This document shows positions 20,400 to 29,393 of a DNA stretch of 64,000 bases, piece by piece (position 1 is the first letter of the stretch; the number at the start of each line of letters is the position of its first letter). This DNA comes from Thermoanaerobaculia bacterium. Its GTDB lineage: Bacteria > Acidobacteriota > Thermoanaerobaculia > Multivoradales > Multivoraceae. The translations under genes and the position numbers were made by a program. The notes below the pieces were generated by a model, which saw nothing but the letters and a program-made list of their open reading frames with translations, did no database searches and had not been told where the DNA came from. The stretch lies in assembly GCA_963666565.1 (NCBI GenBank), contig OY762911.1:4288001-4352000 (forward strand). Reading direction: 5' to 3'.

Positions 20400-21554
20400 T
20401 CAGCCGAGCTCGCCGTTCCACAGCCGGCGGACGAACTCCTCCGGCGGCAGCACGTCGATGCCGTCGTCGGTCCGGCGGGCGCGCGCTTCGAGGCTGACGA
20501 CGATCCGGCGGCCGGCTTGCGGGTGGTCCTGGACCAGGCTGCGGAGGCCCTTCAGGTGCTGGCGGCCGATCCGGCGGCTGGCCTTCGACTCGACGACGAG
20601 TTCCATGTCGCCGACGACGAAGTCGACCTCCGTACCGCCGGCGAGACGCCAGTAGGAGAGCTCGCCCTCGCGGCCGCTGTAGGCGATCCAGGCGGCCAGC
20701 TCGTGGTGGACCCAGTTCTCGAAGGCGTGGCCCCATGCCTCCGAACCCCGTACCAGCCGGCCCCGGCGGGCGAGCCGATTCACGATCCCGACGTCCGCGA
20801 AGTAGAACTTCGGCGCCAGGATGACCCGGCGCTTCGGCCGCTTCCGGTAGGCCGGCAGCCAGCTTCCCAGCAAGGTGTCTTCGAGGATGCCGAAGTAGGC
20901 CCGCACCGTGTGGCCCGAGATGCCGCAGTCGCGCGCGATGTTCGAGAAGTTGACGATTCCGCCGTCGCTCAAGGCGGCGGCGTCCAGGAAGTCGCCGAAC
21001 GTGGGGAGCGACCGGACCGCACCTTCCGCCGCGATCTCCTCCCGCAGGTAGTCGCCGACATAGGCGTCCAGCAAGCGCCGAGGACGACTGCTTCGGTAGA
21101 CCGGCGGCAGGTAGCCGTGGTTCAGGAGTCGGTCGAGGTCGAAGTCGGCGCCGAGTTCGCGCGCCACGAGCCCCCGCAGCTCGTACCGCATGGCCCGGCC
21201 GCCCAGCAGATTCGCCGCGCCCCGCCGCACCTTGCGCGCGCTCGACCCGCAGAGAGCGAAACGGAGCCCGCGGTTCTCGATCAGCCAATGGACCTCGTCC
21301 AGCAGCGCGGGCGCCTTCTGGATCTCGTCGATCACCACCTGCCGGGACGGGTCCGCGCCCTCGGCCTCGATCTCCTGCCGGAGGAGCTCCGGCCGGCGGG
21401 CGTAGCGGCGGTACTCGTCGGCCTTCAGGAGGTCGATCCACCGGCCGTCGGGGTACGCCGCGCGCAGGAGGGTGCTCTTGCCCGTCTGACGCGGACCCCA
21501 GAGGAAGAAGGTCTCGCTGCCGGAGGGCGGGAGAACGAGTGACCGCTCGAACAT
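20400..21554 (-). CDS. AAA-family ATPase with DUF4143 domain
   Basis: GPRQTGKST, VIDEIQK.P.LLDEVH, CGSSARK, PKFYFADVG, EVDFV...VESK. Confidence 0.88.
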   Translation of the reverse strand: MFERSLVLPPSGSETFFLWGPRQTGKSTLLRAAYPDGRWIDLLKADEYRRYARRPELLRQEIEAEGADPSRQVVIDEIQKAPALLDEVHWLIENRGLRFALCGSSARKVRRGAANLLGGRAMRYELRGLVARELGADFDLDRLLNHGYLPPVYRSSRPRRLLDAYVGDYLREEIAAEGAVRSLPTFGDFLDAAALSDGGIVNFSNIARDCGISGHTVRAYFGILEDTLLGSWLPAYRKRPKRRVILAPKFYFADVGIVNRLARRGRLVRGSEAWGHAFENWVHHELAAWIAYSGREGELSYWRLAGGTEVDFVVGDMELVVESKASRRIGRQHLKGLRSLVQDHPQAGRRIVVSLEARARRTDDGIDVLPPEEFVRRLWNGELG

Positions 21555-21560
21555 GCGGCG

Positions 21561-21599
21561 CAGATTATCATGATGATCTGAAGTAGCGCTTCGGATCAT
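21561..21599. promoter_or_regulatory. Two overlapping AT-rich palindromes upstream of the AAA-DUF4143 gene (putative operator)
   Basis: CAGATTATCA|TGATGATCTG (9/10 pairs) and ATGATCTGAAG-N5-CTTCGGATCAT (10/11 pairs). Confidence 0.5.
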
Positions 21600-21716
21600 T
21601 GCGCGAAAGGGGGCACGCGGCGGGCCGCGTCCGTCCCAACTCGGGCGCGCTGCCTCCTGGCTACCGGGCGAGATCACGCAGGCCGGGCCGCGGGTCTCGG
21701 GCGACCGTACGCCCGG

Positions 21717-23318
21717 TCAGACGCCCCTGTTCTCCCGCACCGCGGCCCACAGGCCGACCCAGATGCTGTAGCACATCGCCAGCAGCACGAGGGTGAACGG
21801 GAGACCCGTGGAAACGGTCATCGCCTGCAGGGCGTCGAGCGCGCCCTTGCCGCCGACGAGCAGGAGAACCGCGGCGACGAGGCCCTCGACGGTGGCCCAG
21901 AAGACGCGCTGGCTGATGGGAACGTCCTCCTTGCCGCCGGCCGTGATCGTGTCGATGACCAGCGAACCCGAATCGGACGACGTGACGAAGAACACCAGGA
22001 CCAGGACGATGCCGATCAGGGAGAGGACCGGAGTCAGCGGAAACTGCTCGACCATCCGGAACAGCATGACCTCTTGGGCGGCGGCCGCCACCGGGGCCGT
22101 CGCATCCCCGATCTTCTGGGAGATCGCGGTGCCGCCGAAGGCCGCCATCCAGACGACCGACAGGACGGTCGGCACCAGGATCACGCAGACGACGAACTCG
22201 CGCACCGTCCGGCCCCGCGAAACCCGGGCGATGAACATGCCCACGAAGGGCGACCAGGACACCCACCAGGCCCAGTAGAACGAGGTCCAGGCGTGGGTGA
22301 AACCGGCGTCCTCGCGCCCGAACGGCATCGCCAGCGGCACGATGTTCGCCCCGTAGGCGAGAGCGCCCCTGAACGCCGTTGCGAGAATCTCGCCGGTCGG
22401 GCCGACCGCGACGATCGCGAGCAGGAGCAGCAGGGCGAGGACCATGTTCACTCCCGACAACACCTTGATGCCGGCGTCGAGACCGCGCACCAGCGAGACG
22501 ACGGCGAGCGTCGTGACGACCGAGATCAGGACGACGGCCGCCACGCCGCCCGTGCCCCAGCCGTAGAGCAGGTTGAAGCCGGCGAGGGCCTGGGTGGTTC
22601 CGAGGCCGAGCGACGTGGCGAGGCCGAAGAGGGTGGCGAACACGGCCAGCACGTCGATCATGTGCCCCGGCCAGCCCCGCACCCGGTCGCCGAGAATCGG
22701 GTAGAAGGCCGAGCGCAGGGTCAGCGGAAGGCCGTGGTTGTAGGCGAAGAAGGCGAGCGCCAGAGCGACCACGGCGTAGATCGCCCACGGATGCAAACCC
22801 CAGTGGTAGATGGACGCCGCCATCGCGAGGTCGCGCGCGGCCGCCGCGTCGCCGGCCGCGCCGCCGAGCGGCGCCCCGTCGCTGCGGACGCCGCCCTCCG
22901 CCACCGGACCGTCGAGGGCCGCCCCGAAGTGCGTCAGCGGCTCCGAGACGCCGAAGTACATCAGCCCGATTCCCATGCCGGCGGCGAACAGCATCCCGAA
23001 CCAGCCGAAGTAGCCGAAGTCGGGCTTCGCGTCCCGGCCGCCCAGACGCACCTTGCCGATGGGCAGGAGGACGAGCAGCAGGGCGAACAGAACGAAGAGA
23101 TTGCCGGCGGACAGGAAGAACCAGTCGAAGGTGCTCGTGATGGCCGGAAGCAACCAGCCGAAGAACCTCGCCGCCTGACTCTGGAACGACAGCGTGCCGA
23201 GAACGAACAGGAAGATCACCGCGCTCGAGACGACGAACACGGGGTTGTGAATGTCGAGCCCGAACGGGGTGATGTTGTCCTGCCCGACGCGGAGCTTCGA
23301 CGCCCTGGGGTCTCTCAC
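21717..23318 (-). CDS. BCCT-family (betaine/carnitine/choline) transporter
   Basis: WFGMLFAAGMGIGL, HWGLHPWAIY, WAWWVSWSPFVGMFIARVSRGRTVREF, FFVTSSDSGSLV. Confidence 0.95.
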   Translation of the reverse strand: MRDPRASKLRVGQDNITPFGLDIHNPVFVVSSAVIFLFVLGTLSFQSQAARFFGWLLPAITSTFDWFFLSAGNLFVLFALLLVLLPIGKVRLGGRDAKPDFGYFGWFGMLFAAGMGIGLMYFGVSEPLTHFGAALDGPVAEGGVRSDGAPLGGAAGDAAAARDLAMAASIYHWGLHPWAIYAVVALALAFFAYNHGLPLTLRSAFYPILGDRVRGWPGHMIDVLAVFATLFGLATSLGLGTTQALAGFNLLYGWGTGGVAAVVLISVVTTLAVVSLVRGLDAGIKVLSGVNMVLALLLLLAIVAVGPTGEILATAFRGALAYGANIVPLAMPFGREDAGFTHAWTSFYWAWWVSWSPFVGMFIARVSRGRTVREFVVCVILVPTVLSVVWMAAFGGTAISQKIGDATAPVAAAAQEVMLFRMVEQFPLTPVLSLIGIVLVLVFFVTSSDSGSLVIDTITAGGKEDVPISQRVFWATVEGLVAAVLLLVGGKGALDALQAMTVSTGLPFTLVLLAMCYSIWVGLWAAVRENRGV

Positions 23319-23403
23319 GGCGGAGAACGGTCTTCACGCACCGCCGGCGCCGCGGCGCTCGGCGCGACGGTCGGAACCGCCAGACGCCGCGGAGGTCGGC
23401 GGA

Positions 23404-24942
23404 TCAGTTGAACTGCTCCCGCAGCAGCCGCTTCAGGATCTTCCCCGACGGATTCCGCGGCAACTGGTCGATGAAGTGGACGGCAACCGGCTGCTTGAAG
23501 CGGGCCAGCTTGTCCTGGCAGAACTCCAGGATCTCCGCGCCTTCGAGGCTCTCGTCGGAGCGGACGACGATGGCGACCGGGGACTCGCCCCACTTCTCGC
23601 TCTCGCGGCCGATGACGCCGACTTCGAGGACCTTGGGGTGGCGGCCGATGACTTCTTCGAGCTCGGCGGGATAGACGTTCTCGCCGCCGGAGATGATCAT
23701 GTCCTTCAGCCGGTCCTGGATGTAGACGAAGCCGTCCTCGTCCATCACCGCGCCGTCGCCGGTGTAGAACCAGCCGTCCACGAGACTCTCGGCCGTGGCT
23801 TCCGGCCGGTTCCAGTACTCCTTCATCAGGTGGCGGCCGGCGACCAGGACCTCGCCCGCTTCGCCGGGGGCGCAATCCTTGCCGTCGTTGTCCACGACGC
23901 GCACGGAAGTGTGGAAGAAGGCCTTGCCGGTCGAACCGGCCTTGCGGATGGCGTCCTCTGGCGAGATCAGGCAGGCCGGGCCGCAGGTCTCGGTCAGGCC
24001 GTAGACCTGATGGATCTCGATGCCCAGCTTGTCGTAGGCCTCGATCAGGTTGACCGGTACCGGCGCCGCGCCGCTCATGCACCAGCGCAGGCGCTCGTGC
24101 TTGCAGCGCTCCGGGTCGTAGACCTGGAGCATGAAGTTGAGCATCGCCGGCACCTTGAGCATGACGTCGATCTTCTCCTCGTCGATCAACTGCCAGGTGC
24201 GCACCGGGTCGAACGCCCGCAGCACGACGCTGGTGCTGCCCCGGTGGACGTTGCCGGTCGCGGGCGTCAGGGCGCCGACGTGGAACAGCGGCAGCGACAC
24301 GAGGTAGCGGTCGCCGTAGCGGGTGTCGGCGCTGGCCATGATCGTCAGGCCCGCCCACAGGGCCGACTCGTGGGTGTGGACCGCGCCCTTGGGCAGGCCG
24401 GTGGTGCCCGAGGTGTACATGATGTAGAGCAGATCGTCGTCCGCGGCCCCGATCTCGGGCTCGGCGTCGCTCGCCGCCGACGTCGCGTCGAGGTACGAGA
24501 GGCAGCCGTCCGGCCGCTGCTCGTCCGGGCCGACGTGGATCCACTTCGTCACGTTCGTGCCGTTCTCGCCGCTGCCGCGCGCGATCAGGTCCAGCACCTG
24601 GGCCTGGAACTCGTCGCCGAAGACGAGCGTCTCGGCGCCGGCGTCGCGGATGATGAAGGAGAGTTCCTCGGGCGTCAGCCGCCAGTTGAGCGGCACGCAG
24701 ACGGCGCCGATCTTGGCGACCGCGAAGAAGGTCTCCATGTACTCGACGCTGTTCATCAGCAGCAGGGCGACCCGGTCGCCCTTGCCGACGCCGAGTTCGC
24801 GCAGCGCGTTGGCGGTGCGGTTCGAGCGGAGGTTCCACTCGGCGAAGGTGAAGCGGCGTTCCGTCTCGACATCGACGAAGCCCTCCATGTCCGGCGAGAG
24901 GGAGGCGCGCTTGGTCAGGATGAGGCCGACGTTGTCTTGCAT
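23404..24942 (-). CDS. Long-chain fatty acid--CoA ligase
   Basis: YTSGTTGLPKG, YGLTE, GWFYTGD, DRLKDMIISGGENVYPAE, LPRNPSGKILK. Confidence 0.92.
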   Translation of the reverse strand: MQDNVGLILTKRASLSPDMEGFVDVETERRFTFAEWNLRSNRTANALRELGVGKGDRVALLLMNSVEYMETFFAVAKIGAVCVPLNWRLTPEELSFIIRDAGAETLVFGDEFQAQVLDLIARGSGENGTNVTKWIHVGPDEQRPDGCLSYLDATSAASDAEPEIGAADDDLLYIMYTSGTTGLPKGAVHTHESALWAGLTIMASADTRYGDRYLVSLPLFHVGALTPATGNVHRGSTSVVLRAFDPVRTWQLIDEEKIDVMLKVPAMLNFMLQVYDPERCKHERLRWCMSGAAPVPVNLIEAYDKLGIEIHQVYGLTETCGPACLISPEDAIRKAGSTGKAFFHTSVRVVDNDGKDCAPGEAGEVLVAGRHLMKEYWNRPEATAESLVDGWFYTGDGAVMDEDGFVYIQDRLKDMIISGGENVYPAELEEVIGRHPKVLEVGVIGRESEKWGESPVAIVVRSDESLEGAEILEFCQDKLARFKQPVAVHFIDQLPRNPSGKILKRLLREQFN

Positions 24943-24959
24943 GGGTTCTCCTCGGGCGT

Positions 24960-25595
24960 TCAGGTGGCGGTCACGGCGTCGTCGAGGCCGTAGCTCTCGA
25001 GCGTTCCGTGCAGGGCGACGATGTCGAGCCCCATGACGAGCAGGTCGTGCTTCTCGCCGGCGAGGTCGCGAACGTGGTTCCGCATCAGGCCCTCGGGACG
25101 GAAACCGAGTCCCTCGAAGGCCGCGACGGCGCCCTTCTGGTCGGGCGTCATGCGCGCCACCACCTTCTCGATCCCGGCGGCGACGGCAGCCTGGAACGCC
25201 CCCTCCACGAGCAGCCGTCCGAGGCCCTTGCCGCGCGCCGCCTCGGAGATCACCACCCGGATCTCGGCGACGTGGGAAGACCACTGCAACTGGCTGCGGT
25301 CGATCGAAGAGTAGCCCAGCAGTTCGTCGTCCGCGAAGGCGAGCAGGGTCGTCATCTGGCCCGAACCGACCTGGCCGATCCAGCGGTCGATCACCTCGGC
25401 GTCGCGGATGTCGCGGCGCAGGAAGAGGAGATCGTGGTCCGGCAGGCCGTCGGCAAACGCCAGCACCGCGCCGCGGTCGTCGGGGCCCATGGGCCGCACG
25501 GTGAGATCGATGGCGCCGAGCCTGCTCGCCACCTCGCCGGCGGACGAGACGGAAGCGGAACCGCGTCCGCCCTCGCTCTTCCGTTCAGCCGTCAT
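24960..25595 (-). CDS. GNAT-family N-acetyltransferase
   Basis: ARGKGLGRLL acetyl-CoA-binding motif; FEGLGFRPEG..RNHVRD. Confidence 0.85.
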   Translation of the reverse strand: MTAERKSEGGRGSASVSSAGEVASRLGAIDLTVRPMGPDDRGAVLAFADGLPDHDLLFLRRDIRDAEVIDRWIGQVGSGQMTTLLAFADDELLGYSSIDRSQLQWSSHVAEIRVVISEAARGKGLGRLLVEGAFQAAVAAGIEKVVARMTPDQKGAVAAFEGLGFRPEGLMRNHVRDLAGEKHDLLVMGLDIVALHGTLESYGLDDAVTAT

Positions 25596-25661
25596 GCATT
25601 ATCCCCCTCCAGCGTCCCGTCTCTCCGGCTCCTCGGCATTCCTTCTCCGCTCGCGGGCGCC

Positions 25662-26789
25662 TTACGTGGACCGCTCGGCCAGCCACTCCTCGAGCCGCGG
25701 CCAGAGGCGGCGCACAGCGTTGCCGCCGGCGACCAGGCTGACGTGGCCGCCCTTCAGGATGAGCTCCTGCTTGTCCTCGGAACCGACCATACCGATCAGG
25801 TCCCGCGCCGCCTCGTACGGCACGATGTGGTCGTGCTCCGCGACGACGTGGATGAAGGGAACCTCGATGTTCGAGAGGTCGACGAGCCTGCCGCCGAGCC
25901 GGAACTCGCCCTTCATCAGCAGGTTCTGCTGCTGGAGTTCCTTCGTCGTCTGGCGGAAGCACTCGCCCGGGAAGGGGATCTGGTCGGCGGCCCAGCGCTG
26001 GAGCCGGCGATACGAGGTGACGAACTCGTCGTTCCACAGGTTGTCCCAGAGCCGCACCCGGCCCGCGACCTGCGACGCCGGCCGCAGGGCGTTGAAGGAG
26101 GCGTAGAGCATCTGCGGCGGGACGTTGCCCAGCCGGTCGACGATCCGGTCGACGTCGAAGTGGACCGGGTCGGTCCAGGTCCTGAACAGCCCCATCCCGT
26201 CGTAGTTGACCGGCGTCGTGAAGCAGGCCAGGTTGCGCAGCCTCCCGCCCGACGACGCGTCGGGGTGAAGCGCCGCGTAGAGCGCGGCCAGAAGACCGCC
26301 CATGCAGTAGCCGACGACCGAGACGTCGGGTTCGCCGCTCCGCTCGTGGACGACCTCCACGCACTCGGGAATGAAGTCGAGCACGTAGTCCTCGAGCCGC
26401 AGGCGCTTGTCCTCGGGCCGGGGCGTACCCCAGTCGATCATGTAGACGTCGAAGCCGCGGTCGAGCAGGAATTCGATCAGGCTGTGGCCCGGCGCCAGGT
26501 CGAGGATGTAGGGCTTGCTGATCAACGACATGACCAGCAGCAGCGGGGTCCGGTAGACCTCGTCCGCCCGCGCCCGGTAGTGGTACAGCCGGAGCGTGCC
26601 CCGGCTGTGGACCGTGTCCTTCGGCGTCAGGCCGACGCCGGGATCGCCGGTCCTGATGTACTCCAGGCCCTTGACGCTGCGGCGGAACGTGCGTTCCATC
26701 TCGCGGCGCACGCTGTCCGCGACGCCGGCGGTCGCGTCCAGCACGGGCGTCGCGCTGCGACCGGGCGGGGCCGCGGCGGGGGTCGTCAT
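25662..26789 (-). CDS. phaC: Class III polyhydroxyalkanoate synthase, PhaC subunit
   Basis: TPKDTV, KPYILDLAPG.SL, lipase box GYCMGG, EHDHIVP, GGHVSL; 375 aa fits class III. Confidence 0.9.
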   Translation of the reverse strand: MTTPAAAPPGRSATPVLDATAGVADSVRREMERTFRRSVKGLEYIRTGDPGVGLTPKDTVHSRGTLRLYHYRARADEVYRTPLLLVMSLISKPYILDLAPGHSLIEFLLDRGFDVYMIDWGTPRPEDKRLRLEDYVLDFIPECVEVVHERSGEPDVSVVGYCMGGLLAALYAALHPDASSGGRLRNLACFTTPVNYDGMGLFRTWTDPVHFDVDRIVDRLGNVPPQMLYASFNALRPASQVAGRVRLWDNLWNDEFVTSYRRLQRWAADQIPFPGECFRQTTKELQQQNLLMKGEFRLGGRLVDLSNIEVPFIHVVAEHDHIVPYEAARDLIGMVGSEDKQELILKGGHVSLVAGGNAVRRLWPRLEEWLAERST

Positions 26790-27268
26790 TCGGCCGCTTT
26801 CCCTTCACCGGCGGCGGTCGAGCCGGACGCGGCCGGCGACGCGCCGGCGGCCTTCGCGTCCGCTTCGACCCCGGCGCCGTCCCTCGCCTTCGACCGGGAC
26901 GGCGGGCGGCGGGTGCGAGCCGGCCGCGGGGCCGGGCTCGCGTCGCCCTTTCGTCCCATCGCCTGGGCCAGCAGACTCTCGATTCGCAGCAGCCTCTCCT
27001 CGACGGCGGCCAGCCGCTCCGCGAGTTCGGCGACATCGGTCCGCGTCGGGAGGTTCATCGCCTGGAAGTAGCGCTGCGCTCCCTCGTTCATCGTCTGCTG
27101 GAACATCGTCATCGCCTCGATCCAGCCGCCCGAGGCGCGGGCGAACTGCTCCGTGCCCATCATCTCGTTGAACGCCTTGTTCATCTGATGCTCGGACTGG
27201 GTCACCCACTCGCGCCACATGGCGAAGGGGTCGGGCGGCGGTTTCGGGGCGGGACGGTCGTCGGCCAT
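26786..27268 (-). CDS. phaE: PHA synthase PhaE-like subunit
   Basis: DPFAMWREW, MNLPTRTDV..L.ERL..VE.RL; overlaps the phaC start. Confidence 0.75.
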   Translation of the reverse strand: MADDRPAPKPPPDPFAMWREWVTQSEHQMNKAFNEMMGTEQFARASGGWIEAMTMFQQTMNEGAQRYFQAMNLPTRTDVAELAERLAAVEERLLRIESLLAQAMGRKGDASPAPRPARTRRPPSRSKARDGAGVEADAKAAGASPAASGSTAAGEGKAAE

Positions 27269-27280
27269 GGCGGCTCTAGC

Positions 27281-27616
27281 CTACGACGACTCCTCGGCCT
27301 GCGCGGTGAGCGAGTCGAGGTAGCTGTTCGCCAGGCCGAAGCTGGCGTCCATCGCGGAGCGGTAGGAGCTGCGGCCGTCCTGGAAGAGGCGGATCCACTC
27401 CTGCACCAGGCTCTTGGCCTCGGCCGGAAGCCGCTCGGAGTTCTCGGTCCACTTCGCGATCGCCTCTTCGCGCCGCTCCTGCATGGACGCCGCCATGTCG
27501 AAGCCGGTGTCGAACATGCGCTTCTGGAAGTCGAGCGCGCGCCGGTTGGCGTCGATCAGCGTTCCGCTGAACATCTGCCTCGGGCTCTTCGTCGCCGTGG
27601 TCGTGCTGGTCGTCAT
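27281..27616 (-). CDS. Phasin-like PHA granule protein
   Basis: Small amphipathic helical protein (FQKRMFDTGFD...LPAEAKSLVQEW) located between phaR and phaE. Confidence 0.6.
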   Translation of the reverse strand: MTTSTTTATKSPRQMFSGTLIDANRRALDFQKRMFDTGFDMAASMQERREEAIAKWTENSERLPAEAKSLVQEWIRLFQDGRSSYRSAMDASFGLANSYLDSLTAQAEESS

Positions 27617-27730
27617 CTGAGGTCTCCTGGGTGGTACGATCCGTGGCTCGGATGGCCCACCTGGTTGCGGCTCGCAAGCCTGTTTCGACGGGTGCAACGG
27701 TGGCGGTCGCGTCGTGCGACGGCCGCCGTC

Positions 27731-27771
27731 TTGTGCAGTGCAGCAAGAATGCTGCACAATATGCTGCACTG
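27731..27771. promoter_or_regulatory. Putative PhaR operator in the divergent promoter
   Basis: Nested TGCA-rich inverted repeats: GTGCAGCA-AGAA-TGCTGCAC, TTGTGCAG/CTGCACAA and CAGTGCAGCA/TGCTGCACTG. Confidence 0.65.
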
Positions 27772-27788
27772 TGTCAACCCCCCTCCGC

Positions 27789-28427
27789 ATGACCGAACCG
27801 ATCGTCATCAAGAAGTACGAGAACCGCCGGCTGTACGACACCCACAGCAGCCGCTACGTGAACCTCGACGGCGTCGCCGAACTGGTCCGCGGCGGCCGGG
27901 ACATCCAGGTCGTCGACTCGAAGACGGGGGAGGACGTCACCCGCCACGTCCTGACCCAGATCATCGTCGACGGCGCCAAGGACCCCGAGCACGGACCGCC
28001 GCTCGAGTTCCTCCGCGACCTCGTGCGGGCGCGCGACCAGGCCGGACGGGACTTCTTCCAGTGGTACCTGAAGAGCGCCGGCGAGGTCTACGAACGGATG
28101 CGCGAGTCCATGCGGCGAAGCCCGTTCACGCCGGACCCGTCCTGGATGCGCCTGTGGGACCCGCGCGCCATCGCCGAAGAGATGCAGGCGCAGATGACGC
28201 GCCAGATGGAGGGCATGTTCGGCCGCGCCGGCGGCGACGGCAGCGGCGCCGGGGCAGAGACGTCCCCGGCCTCTCCGCCGGCCGCGGCGGCGCCCCGGCA
28301 GCAGGGCGCCGCACAGCAACACGGCGCCGCGCCGCAGCGGGACGGCGGCGCGACTCGCGCCGAACTCGACGAACTGAAGAATCGGCTCCAGGATCTGGAG
28401 CGCCGACTCGCCGACTCCGCCGACTGA
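27789..28427 (+). CDS. phaR: PHA synthesis regulator (DNA-binding)
   Basis: IKKYENRRLYDT..SRYVNL....LVR.G.DIQVVD.KTGEDVTRHVLTQII. Confidence 0.92.
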   Translation: MTEPIVIKKYENRRLYDTHSSRYVNLDGVAELVRGGRDIQVVDSKTGEDVTRHVLTQIIVDGAKDPEHGPPLEFLRDLVRARDQAGRDFFQWYLKSAGEVYERMRESMRRSPFTPDPSWMRLWDPRAIAEEMQAQMTRQMEGMFGRAGGDGSGAGAETSPASPPAAAAPRQQGAAQQHGAAPQRDGGATRAELDELKNRLQDLERRLADSAD

Positions 28428-28431
28428 CCCG

Positions 28432-29307
28432 ATGCCCCTCTCCACCGCCGCGGCCGGCAGCGACCTCGGTTCCTCGACCCGCGAGATCGCCGTCCGCGAC
28501 GTGCTCGCCTACGCCGCCGGCATCGGCGACACCGGCGACGCCGTGTTCGACGACGCCCGGAACGGCGGCGTCGCGGCGCCGCCCTCCTACTGCGTCTCGC
28601 TCGAGTGGCCCGTCGTCAGCCGCGGCCGGGGGTCCGAACTCCTCGGCGGCGAGGTCCACGAACTGAGGCGCGGCGTCCACGCCAGCCAGGACTCCCACTT
28701 CCACCGCCCCATCCGCCCCGGCGATTCGCTAACGACCAGCGGCCGCTACGTCGGCATCCGGAGCACCCGAGCCGGCGTGCTGCTGACCACCCGCCTCGAC
28801 ACCGTCGACGGCAAGGGCCGGCCGGTCGCCACCTCCTGGTCGCGCTCGATCTTCCGCGGCGTCGAGACGGCGGGCCCCAACGCCGATACGGAGCAGGCCC
28901 CCGAGCCGCCCAGGCTCTGCCTGAACGGCGACGCTCCCGGCCGGAGCGAGATCTTCGTGCCGCGCGAAATGCCCCACGTCTACACGGAGTGCGCCCGGAT
29001 CTGGAATCCGATCCACACGGAGCGCGAGGTGGCGCTGGCCGCGGGCCTGCCCGACATCATCCTCCACGGCACGGCGACCTGGGCCCTCGCCGGCCGCGAA
29101 GTGCTCCGCGCCCACGGCGGCAGCGACCCTTCGCGGCTCCGGCGCCTGTACGGCCGATTCAGCGCGATGGTCGTCCCCGGCACGTCCATCGTGGTGGAGC
29201 ACGCGCCCGCCGGCGAGGCGGAAAGCGGCGGACGCCAGGTCGCCTTCCGGGTCCTGAACGCGGAAGGCCGGGAGGCCGTGAGCCAGGGCGTGGCGGTCGT
29301 CGCGTAG
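28432..29307 (+). CDS. MaoC/PhaJ-like double hot-dog (R)-specific enoyl-CoA hydratase
   Basis: LAYAAGIG; VHASQ..HFHRPI; hydratase-2-like WNPIHTE....AAGLPDIILHG. Confidence 0.8.
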   Translation: MPLSTAAAGSDLGSSTREIAVRDVLAYAAGIGDTGDAVFDDARNGGVAAPPSYCVSLEWPVVSRGRGSELLGGEVHELRRGVHASQDSHFHRPIRPGDSLTTSGRYVGIRSTRAGVLLTTRLDTVDGKGRPVATSWSRSIFRGVETAGPNADTEQAPEPPRLCLNGDAPGRSEIFVPREMPHVYTECARIWNPIHTEREVALAAGLPDIILHGTATWALAGREVLRAHGGSDPSRLRRLYGRFSAMVVPGTSIVVEHAPAGEAESGGRQVAFRVLNAEGREAVSQGVAVVA

Positions 29308-29393
29308 AGTACCGGCCTCGTTCCCGGCGCGACGCGGAGTTCGCCGGGGACCGCCAGGCCAACCACGGAAACAACGGACGGAGACAGGAAGAG

